32,000 nt of DNA from Vibrio cholerae ATCC 14035 (GCF_000621645.1 NZ_JHXR01000027.1:11665-43664); one strand, 5' to 3'; numbered from the stretch's first letter, positions 7,808-17,864 are shown. Notes: generated by a model not told the origin, from the sequence alone. Program-made: numbers and translations.

Positions 7808-7854
7808 AGATTGTCCCGCTTGAAGCCCATCAATCAGAATAATAACGACGCTGT

Positions 7855-9501
7855 ATGGTATCAGAACACAAATCCGCGCAAGTCAACTTCGATTCTCTGC
7901 TCAAGATCTTCACCGTACCGGAAGGTCCAGACTCAACATTAACTAAAATCGATGAAGAGCTTTCTCGCAATTTAAACCACTTCTTGCGCAAACACATTGT
8001 GGCAGAAGAAAAGCCGCTCAAAGAGATTGAGAAAGATTTTTCCAACGCGCACATTCCCGAACAGCCTCAATTCGTTTCCGATCATACCCAATATTTACTG
8101 GATACTCTGGTGTCACACTCAGTGCACACCGCATCGCCCAGTTTTATTGGCCACATGACATCGGCACTGCCCTACTTCCTGATGCCGCTGTCAAAAATTA
8201 TGATCGCTCTCAACCAGAATCTGGTCAAAATTGAAACCTCGAAGGCATTCACGCCGCTAGAGCGTCAAGTGCTAGGCATGATCCATCGCTTGATTTATGG
8301 CGAGACGGATCACTTCTATCAACAGTGGATGCACAGTGCTGAGCACTCACTCGGCGCTTTCTGCTCAGGCGGAACCATAGCCAACATTACGGCACTTTGG
8401 GTTGCTCGTAATAATGCGCTTAAAGCAGAAGGCGATTTCCCCGGCGTTGAAAAAGCTGGGCTCTTCAAAGCCATGCGCCACTACGGTCATGAAGGTTTAG
8501 CCATTTTGGTTTCCGAACGAGGCCACTACTCGTTGAAAAAAGCGGCCGATGTGCTGGGTATAGGCCAAGAAGGCTTGGTCGCGGTCAAAACCGATGCGCA
8601 TAACCGTATCTGCCCACACGATCTAGAGCAGAAAATCACCGAGTTAAAAGCCAATAAGATCAAAGTGTTTGCCGTTGTCGGAGTCGCCGGCACCACAGAA
8701 ACCGGCAATATTGACCCACTGCGCACCATTGCTCAGATTTGTCAGCGTGAACAGATCCACTTCCATATCGATGCGGCTTGGGGCGGCGCGACGTTAATGT
8801 CAAACCGTTATCGAGGACTGCTTGATGGTGTCGAGTTGGCCGATTCAGTGACCATTGATGCTCATAAGCAGCTCTACATCCCTATGGGTGCGGGTATGGT
8901 CTTGTTTAAAGACCCGAATGCGATGCGCTCAATTGAGCATCATGCCCAGTACATTTTGCGTCAAGGCTCTAAAGATTTGGGTAGCCATACCCTAGAAGGA
9001 TCACGCTCAGGCATGGCGATGTTGGTTTACGCCAGCATGCACATCATTAGCCGCCCAGGCTATCAGCTACTTATCGATCAAAGTATTGAAAAAGCGCGAT
9101 ATTTTGCCGACCTGATTGATGCGCAAACTGACTTTGAGTTGGTTTCGCAACCGGAACTCTGCTTGTTGACTTATCGCTATCTACCCGAGCATGTCCGCAT
9201 GGCGCTAGAAAAATCGCAAGGGGTACAGCGTGCGCAGTTGAATGAGCTACTGAACGAACTCACTAAGTTTATTCAGAAGAAACAAAGGGAAACGGGTAAA
9301 TCCTTTGTGTCACGTACCCAACTCAATCCACACCAATGGGATAAATTGGCAACCATAGTCTTCCGAGTGGTATTGGCCAACCCGCTGACGACCAAAGAAA
9401 TTTTGCATAACGTGCTGGATGAACAACGAGAAATCGCGCAACAAGCGCCAAAGTTGATGCGTCAAATCGAACATCTAACCCAATGCATTCTGAACCAATA
9501 A
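7855..9501 (+). CDS. Group II pyridoxal-phosphate-dependent decarboxylase (GadB/DDC fold), possibly PanP-type aspartate 1-decarboxylase
   Basis: 548-aa ORF with an ATG start. The PLP-lysine motif SVTIDAHKQLYIPMGAG is present. Upstream are the HxD...GGTxANxxA blocks (FCSGGTIANITALWVAR, HIDAAWGG) typical of group II decarboxylases. Confidence 0.85.
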   Translation: MVSEHKSAQVNFDSLLKIFTVPEGPDSTLTKIDEELSRNLNHFLRKHIVAEEKPLKEIEKDFSNAHIPEQPQFVSDHTQYLLDTLVSHSVHTASPSFIGHMTSALPYFLMPLSKIMIALNQNLVKIETSKAFTPLERQVLGMIHRLIYGETDHFYQQWMHSAEHSLGAFCSGGTIANITALWVARNNALKAEGDFPGVEKAGLFKAMRHYGHEGLAILVSERGHYSLKKAADVLGIGQEGLVAVKTDAHNRICPHDLEQKITELKANKIKVFAVVGVAGTTETGNIDPLRTIAQICQREQIHFHIDAAWGGATLMSNRYRGLLDGVELADSVTIDAHKQLYIPMGAGMVLFKDPNAMRSIEHHAQYILRQGSKDLGSHTLEGSRSGMAMLVYASMHIISRPGYQLLIDQSIEKARYFADLIDAQTDFELVSQPELCLLTYRYLPEHVRMALEKSQGVQRAQLNELLNELTKFIQKKQRETGKSFVSRTQLNPHQWDKLATIVFRVVLANPLTTKEILHNVLDEQREIAQQAPKLMRQIEHLTQCILNQ

Positions 9502-9510
9502 TCCTTCGCT

Positions 9511-9557
9511 AAGAGTTACAGCAAACAGAAATAAAATTTCAGTTTGCTGTAACTCTT
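9511..9557. repeat. Perfect 16-bp inverted repeat; possible terminator hairpin without a U-tract
   Basis: aagagttacagcaaac (9511..9526) is the exact reverse complement of gtttgctgtaactctt (9542..9557), with a 15-nt AT-rich loop. It starts 10 nt after the decarboxylase stop. Confidence 0.5.
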
Positions 9558-9808
9558 GCGTCAATCATGGGCTAGAAGCACCAGATATGGGCAACACCAC
9601 ACCTCAAAAGTGTAGTTTTTATAAAATTTAATTGAGGCTTGTCATATTCTCACGGTCTTTCTGAGAGTTTCGTTTCTGGATCCATCACGCTTAGGTTTAT
9701 ACTCGGTTTATTGGCGTTGGTGGGTTTAGCATTTGGAAGCCATTGATTTCTCCCCTATTGTTTCCAAAGCCCAGACCAACGAGTTGTTCTCTAGCCTGCG
9801 TGAACACT

Positions 9809-10663
9809 ATGAATACATTAGAAAAAATTCAAAAAAACCTGGAAAACTTTAGCAAGTCTGAGCGTAAGGTTGCCGAAGTGATTATGGCATCACCACAAAC
9901 CGCTATTCATTCCAGCATTGCTACACTGGCGAAAATGGCGGACGTGAGTGAACCTACGGTGAACCGTTTCTGTCGCCGCCTTGATACCAAAGGTTTTCCG
10001 GACTTTAAACTGCATTTAGCTCAAAGCCTTGCAAACGGCACGCCTTACGTTAACCGTAACGTAGAAGAGGATGATGGCCCAGATGCTTACACCCACAAGA
10101 TTTTCGAATCGACTATGGCGTGTCTGGATGTGGCGAAAAACAGTTTGGATCCCGTGCAAATCAACCGTGCTGTTGACCTGCTCACTCAAGCAAAACGTAT
10201 TTCGTTTTTTGGCTTAGGCGCGTCCTCTGCGGTCGCACGCGATGCACAGAATAAATTTATCCGCTTCAATATTCCGATCAGCTGCTTTGAAGATATTGTG
10301 ATGCAGCGAATGAGCTGTATCAACTGCACCGATAATGATGTGATTGTGCTGATTTCTCATACTGGCCGTACCAAAAGTCAGGTTGAAATCGCCAATCTTG
10401 CTCGTGAAAACGGAGCAACGGTGATCGCGATTACCGCTAAAGATTCACCACTGGACAAAGCCAGTTCATTATCGATCTGCTTAGATGTGCCTGAAGACAC
10501 AGACGTGTATATGCCAATGGCAAGTCGCGTAGTGCAAATGACCGTGATCGATGTATTGGCAACCGGCTTTACATTGCGCCGAGGTTCAGGCTTTAGAGAA
10601 AATCTCAAGCGCGTGAAAGAAGTGCTGAAAGATTCTCGCTACGACAAACTGCCGCCTTACTAG
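9809..10663 (+). CDS. hexR: HexR, RpiR-family (HTH + SIS) regulator of central carbon metabolism
   Basis: Start moved from TTG 9743 to ATG 9809 (MNTLEKIQKNLENFSKSERKVAEVIM). The protein is near-collinear with E. coli HexR as I remember it, for example SEPTVNRFCR, GFPDFKLHLAQSLANGTPYVNRNV, LISHTGRTK and VIDVLATGFTLRRG. Confidence 0.92.
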   Translation: MNTLEKIQKNLENFSKSERKVAEVIMASPQTAIHSSIATLAKMADVSEPTVNRFCRRLDTKGFPDFKLHLAQSLANGTPYVNRNVEEDDGPDAYTHKIFESTMACLDVAKNSLDPVQINRAVDLLTQAKRISFFGLGASSAVARDAQNKFIRFNIPISCFEDIVMQRMSCINCTDNDVIVLISHTGRTKSQVEIANLARENGATVIAITAKDSPLDKASSLSICLDVPEDTDVYMPMASRVVQMTVIDVLATGFTLRRGSGFRENLKRVKEVLKDSRYDKLPPY

Positions 10664-10683
10664 GCCACACACAAAGACAGAAT

Positions 10684-10713
10684 AACGGAGCCCAGTGGCT
10701 CCGTTTTCATTTT
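10684..10713 (+). terminator. Rho-independent terminator of hexR
   Basis: Stem aacggagcc (10684..10692) pairs with ggctccgtt (10697..10705) around loop cagt. It is followed by ttttcattt. Confidence 0.8.
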
Positions 10714-10753
10714 GAGTCAGAATAATGATGGTTTCCAATAAGGAGGAATAGGC

Positions 10754-12001
10754 TCAATGTTGCCCGCTCAAGCGGCTTCCTTCCTCTTTTAGCAAATGGC
10801 GAATCTCCACCTCACCTTGTGATGCTCGAGGCTCTATCGCCGCAAGTGGTTGACAAGAGCAGACTTGATGCAGAATGTGAGTCAAGCGCTCCATGGTCAA
10901 AGGGATCGGGTTACCTTTAATCGCTGTTGATTTCAGTGCATCTGCGGCCACGCGTTCAAAAGAGGTCGCGCAGACACCAAAATCGGTCAAATTAGGAATC
11001 GATAATTTTTCTAGCATCATATTGACCCATAAGATGCCATCTTCCACACCGGCATTTTTACGGCCAGTCAGAATGCGCGAAACGATCTTATAGCGCTGTA
11101 GAATATCACTGCGCCCAGCCTCTTTAGCCACATCAATATTTTCTCGCATCACAATCGGCGCAAGTCGCGCGGTAATCACACTGTGTGGCGCATCCAATTT
11201 GCCGCCCAGTGCAGAAGCCAGTCCATGGGCGGCCCCTAATTTGGCATTGGTTGTCGCCATTCCCCCCAGCATGGCAGCGAAGGAGAGATCACTGCGTGCT
11301 TTTTTATCATCGCGCAAGCAGCCCGCGATCATCGCTCGGCTTAAACGCCGTAACCCTTCCTCACAAATCATATCGGTTAGAGGATTGGGCTCTCCACACA
11401 CGTAAGCTTCCATAAGATGGGTAAACGCATCCATGGCTCCTCGACCAGACGTCACAGGATCTGTACCGTAAGTCAAAGTGGGATCAATGATCGCAACGTC
11501 CGCTAACATCTCAGGACTGCGCAAGCTAATTTTGACTCTGTCCTGCGCCGATTTCAGCACCGCATTACGCGTCACTTCAGAACCCGAGCTAGCAGTAGTC
11601 GGAATCGCGATAAATGGCAGTGGTTTGGCTTTGAGTGGCACACTGCGCCCAACCACCTCAACATAGTCATACACGTTGCCTTGATTGGGGATAATCGCCG
11701 CGACCGCTTTCCCCATATCCAACACACTACCGCCGCCTATCGCAATCACCATGTCAGGTTTAAAGCGACGACCAAGCATCGCGGCTTCTTCAACCATAGT
11801 GATGTTGGGCTCGCCAGAAACTACAACATGTTGGTAGCGCATGTTCTGCTGTTGTAGATAGGCCGTTAGAGGAGCATAGCGCTCAGCGTTTTTCCCCGAG
11901 ACCAGTAGCACGCTGTATCCGTACTGGCTGATTATCGAAAGGGAGCTCTCTAGCGACCCCTCACCAAAGATGATCCGTGTCGCGGTCATAAACTGGAACA
12001 T
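10754..12001 (-). CDS. Iron-containing (group III) alcohol dehydrogenase family protein
   Basis: Start moved from GTG 12022 to ATG 12001 (MFQFMTATRIIFGEG), which follows a GGAGGGA Shine-Dalgarno. The GGGSVLD nucleotide-binding motif is present, with metal ligands in DAFTHLMEAY, GAAHGLA and APHS. It carries a ~35-aa C-terminal tail beyond the usual fold. Confidence 0.85.
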   Translation of the reverse strand: MFQFMTATRIIFGEGSLESSLSIISQYGYSVLLVSGKNAERYAPLTAYLQQQNMRYQHVVVSGEPNITMVEEAAMLGRRFKPDMVIAIGGGSVLDMGKAVAAIIPNQGNVYDYVEVVGRSVPLKAKPLPFIAIPTTASSGSEVTRNAVLKSAQDRVKISLRSPEMLADVAIIDPTLTYGTDPVTSGRGAMDAFTHLMEAYVCGEPNPLTDMICEEGLRRLSRAMIAGCLRDDKKARSDLSFAAMLGGMATTNAKLGAAHGLASALGGKLDAPHSVITARLAPIVMRENIDVAKEAGRSDILQRYKIVSRILTGRKNAGVEDGILWVNMMLEKLSIPNLTDFGVCATSFERVAADALKSTAIKGNPIPLTMERLTHILHQVCSCQPLAAIEPRASQGEVEIRHLLKEEGSRLSGQH

Positions 12002-12309
12002 GCTCCCTCCAAGGCCTTTCACACATCAGATAGTGCTAAGCTTGCATCCAAATGGGGGAAATTTGTTTGACCCAGTGCAACTTGCCGAAATTAACCACAA
12101 AAAATCTGCTAGTTCTTGCACAACCTCACATAGAAATTGAGGATTTTCAATCTCTTCCATGATAACTGCGAGCCAAGAAGAGTGGTGAAAAAAAGCGAAG
12201 CATAGAGTAAAACCATTGTTTTTATCTATTAAATCAAGAGGAAAAATCACGCTTTATTTCCCCCTTTGAATCGGGCATAGTACCCGCAAACAAAATGAAG
12301 GAGAAAGAT

Positions 12310-12573
12310 ATGTTTGTGGTCATTTTTGGTCGTCCTGGCTGTCCTTACTGTGTTCGTGCCAAAGAGCATGCTGAAACATTGAAAGCAAAGCGTGATGATT
12401 TTAACTATCGCTATGTTGATATCCACGCCGAAGGCATCACTAAAGCCGATCTAGAAAAAACCATCGGCAAGCCAGTCGAAACCGTTCCACAGATTTTCAT
12501 CGATGAACAACACATCGGCGGCTGCACAGACTTCGAAGCGTACGCAAAAGAGAATCTAGGTCTATTTGACTAA
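12310..12573 (+). CDS. grxA: Glutaredoxin 1
   Basis: Start moved to ATG 12310 (MFVVIFGRPGCPYCVRAKE). AAGGAG Shine-Dalgarno at 12298..12303. CPYC active site is present. Collinear with E. coli Grx1, for example GKPVETVPQIFID.QHIGG.TDF. Confidence 0.92.
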   Translation: MFVVIFGRPGCPYCVRAKEHAETLKAKRDDFNYRYVDIHAEGITKADLEKTIGKPVETVPQIFIDEQHIGGCTDFEAYAKENLGLFD

Positions 12574-12589
12574 TAAAATGATAAATCGA

Positions 12590-12618
12590 AAAAGCCTGTG
12601 AATATCGCAGGCTTTTTT
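12590..12618 (+). terminator. Rho-independent terminator of grxA
   Basis: Stem aaagcctgtg (12591..12600) pairs with cgcaggcttt (12606..12615). It is followed by a T6 run. Confidence 0.85.
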
Positions 12619-12774
12619 GTTCGTACGAGATTCTGCAGACTTAGGATTTTTTAGCTATTTCGCTCCAAATAATGCGCATCCGCGCAAAAATTCACTTATC
12701 TTTTTGCAATATTCGGATACAATTCCCAAAATTTTATTATTTCCCCTCTTGTCACGCGTGAATTGAGTTAAATC

Positions 12775-14451
12775 GTGAACATCGACGTCGTTTTGTTGCT
12801 AGAGCAAAATCCAATTTTGCTGATATTTGTTGTCCTCGCCATCGGTCTCTCTTTCGGGAAAATTCGCTTTGGCAGCTTCCAATTGGGTAATTCGATTGGA
12901 GTGCTCATCACCTCTCTGATCATGGGGCATCTTGGTTTTTCCTTTACACCGGAAGCATTAACCATCGGCTTTATGCTCTTTATTTATTGTGTCGGCATTG
13001 AAGCGGGTCCTAACTTCTTTGGTATTTTCTTCCGCGATGGTAAACACTACTTAATTCTAAGCTTAGTGGTCTTGATCACTGCGACTTGGATTGCCTACTT
13101 TGGTGGTTACTATCTTAATCTGGATTATGGCTTAGCCGCCGGGATGATGGCGGGCGCATTAACCTCAACACCCGTACTGGTTGGTGCTCAGGATGCGCTC
13201 AATTCTGGGCTTGCCGCGGTACCAAGACATATGGATTTATCACTGATTTTAGATAATGTCTCGGTCGGTTATGCGATGGCCTACTTGATCGGCCTTATCA
13301 GCATGATCATGTTTGCTAAATTACTCCCTAAGTTGCAAAAGCAAAACCTGTCCGATTCGGCTCAACAAATCGCGCAAGAACGAGGGTTAGGCAGTCAGCG
13401 TAAAGTCTATCTGCCGATCATCCGTGCCTATCGAGTCGGACCTGAACTGATTAACTGGATCGACGGTCGTAATCTGCGCGAGCTGGGTATCTACCGTCAA
13501 ACAGGCTGTTATATTGAGCGTATCCGCCGACATGGCATTTTGGCCCATCCTGATGGTGATGCCATTTTGCAAGAAGGGGATGAAATTGCTCTCGTAGGTT
13601 TCCCAGATAGTCACGCTCGTCTTGACCCGAGCTTTCGCAATGGCAAAGAAGTGTTTGACCGTAACTTACTCGACCTACGAATTTCAGAAGAAGAGATCGT
13701 GGTAAAAAGTGACAGCATTGCGGGAAAACGTCTCTCCGATCTTAATCTTTCGGAATACGGCTGCTTCCTTAACCGAGTCGTTCGTGCGCAAATCGAAATG
13801 CCGATGGATCTGGATATCGTGCTCGCCAAAGGCGATGTCCTGCAAGTCAGCGGCGAGAAAAGCAAAGTAAAGGGGCTGGCAGATAAAATCGGTTTTATCT
13901 CTGTACACAGCCAAATGGCTGATCTGCTTGCTTTCTGTAGCTTTTTTATTCTTGGCATTCTGTTTGGTTTGGTCACCATGACCTTTGGCCAAGTGTCGTT
14001 TAGCTTAGGTAATGCGGTGGGGTTACTGCTCTCTGGTATCACTTTGGGCTTTTTGCGAGCCAACCACCCGACTTTCGGTTATGTTCCGCAAGGCGCACTC
14101 AATATGGTCAAAGACCTTGGTCTAGCCATCTTCATGGTCGGTATTGGGCTCAATGCAGGTAGCAAAATGTTCCAGCATCTCTCCGAAGTAGGTGTGCAAG
14201 TGATCGGTTTAGCCTTTTTAGTGAGCGTTGTACCTGTCGTGTTCGCTTACTTGGTTGGCGCCTACATTCTAAAGATGAACCGCGCTCTATTGTTTGGTGC
14301 GATTATTGGCGCGCGCACCTGTGCTCCGGCGATGGATGTGGTTAATGAATACGCTAAGTCTACCATTCCAGCACTGGGTTATGCGGGCACCTACGCGATT
14401 GCCAATATCTTAATGACCTTAACGGGTACCATCTTTATCTTGCTCAGTTAA
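12775..14451 (+). CDS. ybjL: YbjL-type AAE-family transporter with two central TrkA-C (RCK_C) domains
   Basis: 558 aa with a GTG start. The N-terminus [33 protein letters not shown] parallels E. coli YbjL. Two membrane halves flank two cytoplasmic repeats ([15 protein letters not shown] and [10 protein letters not shown]). Confidence 0.85.
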   Translation: MNIDVVLLLEQNPILLIFVVLAIGLSFGKIRFGSFQLGNSIGVLITSLIMGHLGFSFTPEALTIGFMLFIYCVGIEAGPNFFGIFFRDGKHYLILSLVVLITATWIAYFGGYYLNLDYGLAAGMMAGALTSTPVLVGAQDALNSGLAAVPRHMDLSLILDNVSVGYAMAYLIGLISMIMFAKLLPKLQKQNLSDSAQQIAQERGLGSQRKVYLPIIRAYRVGPELINWIDGRNLRELGIYRQTGCYIERIRRHGILAHPDGDAILQEGDEIALVGFPDSHARLDPSFRNGKEVFDRNLLDLRISEEEIVVKSDSIAGKRLSDLNLSEYGCFLNRVVRAQIEMPMDLDIVLAKGDVLQVSGEKSKVKGLADKIGFISVHSQMADLLAFCSFFILGILFGLVTMTFGQVSFSLGNAVGLLLSGITLGFLRANHPTFGYVPQGALNMVKDLGLAIFMVGIGLNAGSKMFQHLSEVGVQVIGLAFLVSVVPVVFAYLVGAYILKMNRALLFGAIIGARTCAPAMDVVNEYAKSTIPALGYAGTYAIANILMTLTGTIFILLS

Positions 14452-14477
14452 ATTGGAGTTATCCAATACTGTGGATC

Positions 14478-14503
14478 AAAAAAGGCACCTTGCGGTGCCT
14501 TTT
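14478..14503. terminator. Bidirectional terminator between ybjL and clpA
   Basis: Stem aaaggcacc (14481..14489) pairs with ggtgccttt (14494..14502) around loop ttgc. A-run and T-run flanks. Confidence 0.85.
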
Positions 14504-14519
14504 GCGTATTGTGAGATGT

Positions 14520-16790
14520 CTAGTGGACCACCTCTTCGCGAGTACCGAAATACTCGAAAGCCAGTCTGTCATCACTCAGCGTCACTTTCACTGTGCCACC
14601 ATCGACTAACGAGCCAAACAACAGCTCATTGGCGAGTGGTTTCTTCAGTTGTTCTTGGATCACACGTCCCATCGGACGAGCGCCCATCTCACGGTCATAA
14701 CCTTTCACTGCTAACCAGTGGCGGGCATCTTCCGAGACTTCCAGAGAAACGCCACGCGCATCCAACTGAGCTTGCAGTTCCACGATAAATTTATCGACCA
14801 CTTGATGAATCACACGCTCATCTAAGCTATTGAACCAGATAATGTGATCAAGACGGTTACGGAATTCGGGAGTGAACACCTTTTTAATTTCCGACATCGC
14901 ATCATGACTATTATCTTGCTGGATCAAACCAATCGATTTTTTCACCGTTTCGGCCACACCCGCGTTGGTGGTCATCACAAGAATCACGTTACGGAAATCG
15001 GCTTTACGGCCGTTGTTATCCGTCAGCGTACCGTTATCCATCACTTGTAGGAGCAAGTTAAAAATATCGGGGTGCGCTTTTTCAATTTCGTCCAACAAAA
15101 CAACCGAGTGCGGGTGCTTAATCACAGCGTCCGTCAATAACCCACCTTGGTCATAACCCACATAACCTGGAGGTGCACCAATCAAACGGCTTACCGAATG
15201 GCGCTCACCGTATTCAGACATATCAAAACGTAGCAGTTCGATACCGAGCAGCTTAGAAAGCTGCAGAGTCACTTCTGTTTTACCAACCCCAGTTGGACCT
15301 GCAAACAGGAAAGAACCGACTGGCTTATGTTCTGCGCCTAATCCAGCACGGGTCAGCTTGATCGCCTCTGTCAGCACATCAATCGCCGCATCTTGTCCAA
15401 ACACCAACATTTTCATCTTCTGATCCAGATTCTTCAGGATGTCTTTATCAGAAGAGGAGACGGATTTTTCTGGGATCCGCGCCATTTTGGCGACCATGGA
15501 TTCAATTTCCGCCACACCGACCGTTTTCTTACGACGGCTTGCTGGCATCAAACGTGCCCGCGCACCCGCTTCATCAATCACATCAATCGCTTTATCAGGC
15601 AGATGACGCTCATTAATGTATTTGGCTGAAAGTTCAACCGCAGCACGCAGCGCTTTATTGGTATAGCGCACATCATGGTGAGCTTCGTATTTGGTTTTCA
15701 ATCCCATCAAAATCTTGGTGGTATCGTCCAATGAAGGCTCAACAATATCAATCTTTTGGAAGCGGCGAGATAGCGCACGCTCTTTCTCAAAAATGTTGCT
15801 GTACTCTTGATAGGTGGTTGAGCCGATACAACGCAGTTTACCGCTACTGAGCAGAGGCTTAATTAGGTTCGCCGCATCGACTTGACCGCCAGAAGCGGCA
15901 CCCGCACCGATGATGGTGTGAATTTCATCGATAAACAGGATGGCGTCTTTCTCTTTCTCAAGCTGTTTCAAAATCGATTTGAAACGTTTTTCGAAATCAC
16001 CACGATATTTGGTGCCCGCTAACAGCGAACCAATATCCAGTGAATAAATCACACTGCGCTGAATCACTTCCGGCACATTGCCTTCAACAATTCGCCATGC
16101 CAAGCCCTCCGCAATCGCAGTTTTGCCGACACCCGCTTCTCCCACCAGCAGTGGGTTGTTTTTACGACGGCGACACAGAACTTGAATCGTACGTTCCAAC
16201 TCTTTGTCACGGCCAATCAGTGGATCGATCTGGCCTTGTTTTGCTAACTGATTAAGGTTGGTCGCAAAACTTTCCAAACGCTCGTCAGCACTCACCTCTT
16301 CAGAAGTATCACTGCTGCCAAACGAATCGGAAGAAGAGTCTTCACTATGGTTAGACGCTTTGGTAATGCCGTGCGAAATAAAGTTAACAATGTCCAAGCG
16401 GCTGATGTCATTTTTCTTCAGCAGATAGGCCGCGTGCGACTCTTGCTCACTGAAAATCGCCACCAGCACGTTGGCTCCCGTCACTTCGCTTCGACCGGAA
16501 GATTGCACGTGGAACACCGCGCGTTGCAGTACGCGTTGGAAACTCAACGTCGGTTGTGTCTCGCGAGTTTCGTCATTTTTGGGGATAAGAGGCGTGGTCT
16601 GGTCGATAAAAGTATCCAGCTCACGGCGTAATACATCAATGTCGGCTTGACAGGCTAACAGGGCTTCCCGCGCTGCATCGTTTTCCAACAATGCAAGTAG
16701 GAGGTGCTCGACGGTCATAAATTCATGTCTTTTGTCTCGTGCCCGAGCGAACGCGCCGTTTAGACTCGACTCTAATTCTTTGTTAAGCAT
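14520..16790 (-). CDS. clpA: ATP-dependent Clp protease ATP-binding subunit ClpA
   Basis: 756 aa. N-domain [35 protein letters not shown]. Two AAA+ modules with Walker A GEAGVGKT and [15 protein letters not shown] Shine-Dalgarno upstream. Confidence 0.97.
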   Translation of the reverse strand: MLNKELESSLNGAFARARDKRHEFMTVEHLLLALLENDAAREALLACQADIDVLRRELDTFIDQTTPLIPKNDETRETQPTLSFQRVLQRAVFHVQSSGRSEVTGANVLVAIFSEQESHAAYLLKKNDISRLDIVNFISHGITKASNHSEDSSSDSFGSSDTSEEVSADERLESFATNLNQLAKQGQIDPLIGRDKELERTIQVLCRRRKNNPLLVGEAGVGKTAIAEGLAWRIVEGNVPEVIQRSVIYSLDIGSLLAGTKYRGDFEKRFKSILKQLEKEKDAILFIDEIHTIIGAGAASGGQVDAANLIKPLLSSGKLRCIGSTTYQEYSNIFEKERALSRRFQKIDIVEPSLDDTTKILMGLKTKYEAHHDVRYTNKALRAAVELSAKYINERHLPDKAIDVIDEAGARARLMPASRRKKTVGVAEIESMVAKMARIPEKSVSSSDKDILKNLDQKMKMLVFGQDAAIDVLTEAIKLTRAGLGAEHKPVGSFLFAGPTGVGKTEVTLQLSKLLGIELLRFDMSEYGERHSVSRLIGAPPGYVGYDQGGLLTDAVIKHPHSVVLLDEIEKAHPDIFNLLLQVMDNGTLTDNNGRKADFRNVILVMTTNAGVAETVKKSIGLIQQDNSHDAMSEIKKVFTPEFRNRLDHIIWFNSLDERVIHQVVDKFIVELQAQLDARGVSLEVSEDARHWLAVKGYDREMGARPMGRVIQEQLKKPLANELLFGSLVDGGTVKVTLSDDRLAFEYFGTREEVVH

Positions 16791-16828
16791 AAGGCCTCCT
16801 TAAGGAACAACCACATTGCCCGGCAAGT

Positions 16829-17149
16829 TTAAGCTTGCTCCATCGTGCACAAAAGTGGGTGCTCATTTTCCCTTGAGTACATCGTTACTTGAGCGACTTT
16901 CGTCTCTGCAACTTCTGCAGTAAACGTGCCACATATTGCTTTTCCTTCGTAATGCACTTTGAGCATCACTTGCGTCGCTCTCTCTATATCCATAGAGAAA
17001 AAGCGCTCAAGAATCTCAATTACAAAGTCCATCGGTGTGTAATCATCGTTGTTTAACACCACGTGATACATAGATGGTGGCTTAACCGCCGTCTTTTCTT
17101 TCTCCAGCAAATCAAAGTCTGGAGAGATCCATTCAAAGTTTTTACTCAT
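16829..17149 (-). CDS. clpS: ClpS adaptor protein (N-degron recognition)
   Basis: 106 aa with the core [27 protein letters not shown]. Located 38 bp upstream of clpA, as in enterobacteria. Confidence 0.95.
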   Translation of the reverse strand: MSKNFEWISPDFDLLEKEKTAVKPPSMYHVVLNNDDYTPMDFVIEILERFFSMDIERATQVMLKVHYEGKAICGTFTAEVAETKVAQVTMYSRENEHPLLCTMEQA

Positions 17150-17621
17150 GACACTTCAATATTTGAGGGCTTCTTACAGAGAATTCAACTATAAAGTGCT
17201 GTAAAACTAGCCGTTTAAACTCACTGACGGCATCCGCACTTTAATGAATTTCGCCTCTTACTTAGAGACTAATGCAGCAATTGTAACGCTGCAAATAAAA
17301 CATTGCGAATGACGATCACGAATAGCGCGATTGCTTACTTTACCGACACCAATATGCAAGCTTGTTAATGATTTGCTTCGCGATTTGCAAATGACAAATT
17401 TATATAATTGCAATTGCAAAATTGAGTTTGCATATCAAACTGTGTGCTTTTATACGTTCGTCCTATTGACTGCGTTCAATCATCGTCTAAATTGGTCAAT
17501 TAGTGACTAACGTTAAGCATAGGCTGAATCGCTATTCACTTTTGAGAAGTCAGGAAGTCCTAGGGACAAATTGACGTTTCTCTTAAAACATCAGTTATAA
17601 AATGCATGAGGGATGTATAGC

Positions 17622-17843
17622 ATGGCTACAGGTACAGTGAAATGGTTTAATAATGCCAAAGGCTTCGGTTTTATTTGCCCGGAAGGTGAAGACGGAGATA
17701 TTTTCGCTCATTACTCAACCATTCAGATGGACGGATACCGTACACTCAAAGCCGGTCAACAGGTTTCTTATCAGGTGGAGCAAGGTCCTAAGGGATACCA
17801 CGCGAGCTGTGTTGTGCCAATCGAGGGACAATCAGCAAAATAG
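17622..17843 (+). CDS. cspD: Cold-shock-domain protein CspD
   Basis: Start moved to ATG 17622 (MATGTVKWFNNAKGFGFICPEGEDGDIFAHYSTIQMDGYRTLKAGQ), nearly identical in this stretch to E. coli CspD. GAGGGA Shine-Dalgarno 8 nt upstream. Confidence 0.93.
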   Translation: MATGTVKWFNNAKGFGFICPEGEDGDIFAHYSTIQMDGYRTLKAGQQVSYQVEQGPKGYHASCVVPIEGQSAK

Positions 17844-17864
17844 TGGATTGATTGCCACACTAGC

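Noticed and set aside
7781-7820. The left arm of the 7781..7807 terminator (cgggaca) can also pair perfectly with a second copy of the right arm (tgtcccg, 7812..7818). This hinted at alternative structures upstream of the decarboxylase gene.
   Set aside because: The distal pairing would not compete kinetically with the proximal terminator, and no leader ORF or ligand-binding fold is evident. It is probably coincidental.
9610-9625. tgtagtttttataaaa, a possible HexR operator (TGTAAT...ATTACA type) upstream of hexR.
   Set aside because: The left half-site is good and the right half-site is poor (ATAAAA versus ATTACA). The surrounding sequence is AT-rich, so chance similarity is likely.
12202-12238. 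A possible OxyR operator upstream of grxA, which is an OxyR target in E. coli.
   Set aside because: Only the first ATAG-N7-CTAT unit fits (ATAG..CCAT). The second unit matches about 3 of 8 positions, which is not enough to call without a matrix scan or binding data.
12026-12250. A 74-aa minus-strand ORF ending 3 bp before the track's GTG start of the alcohol dehydrogenase. It looked like a possible upstream partner or leader peptide.
   Set aside because: It has a GTG start with no Shine-Dalgarno, in an AT-rich divergent promoter region, and its composition is odd (FFHHSSW, Cys-rich). The ADH has its own strong SD and ATG at 12001. It is most likely a chance ORF. Ribosome profiling would be needed to revive it.
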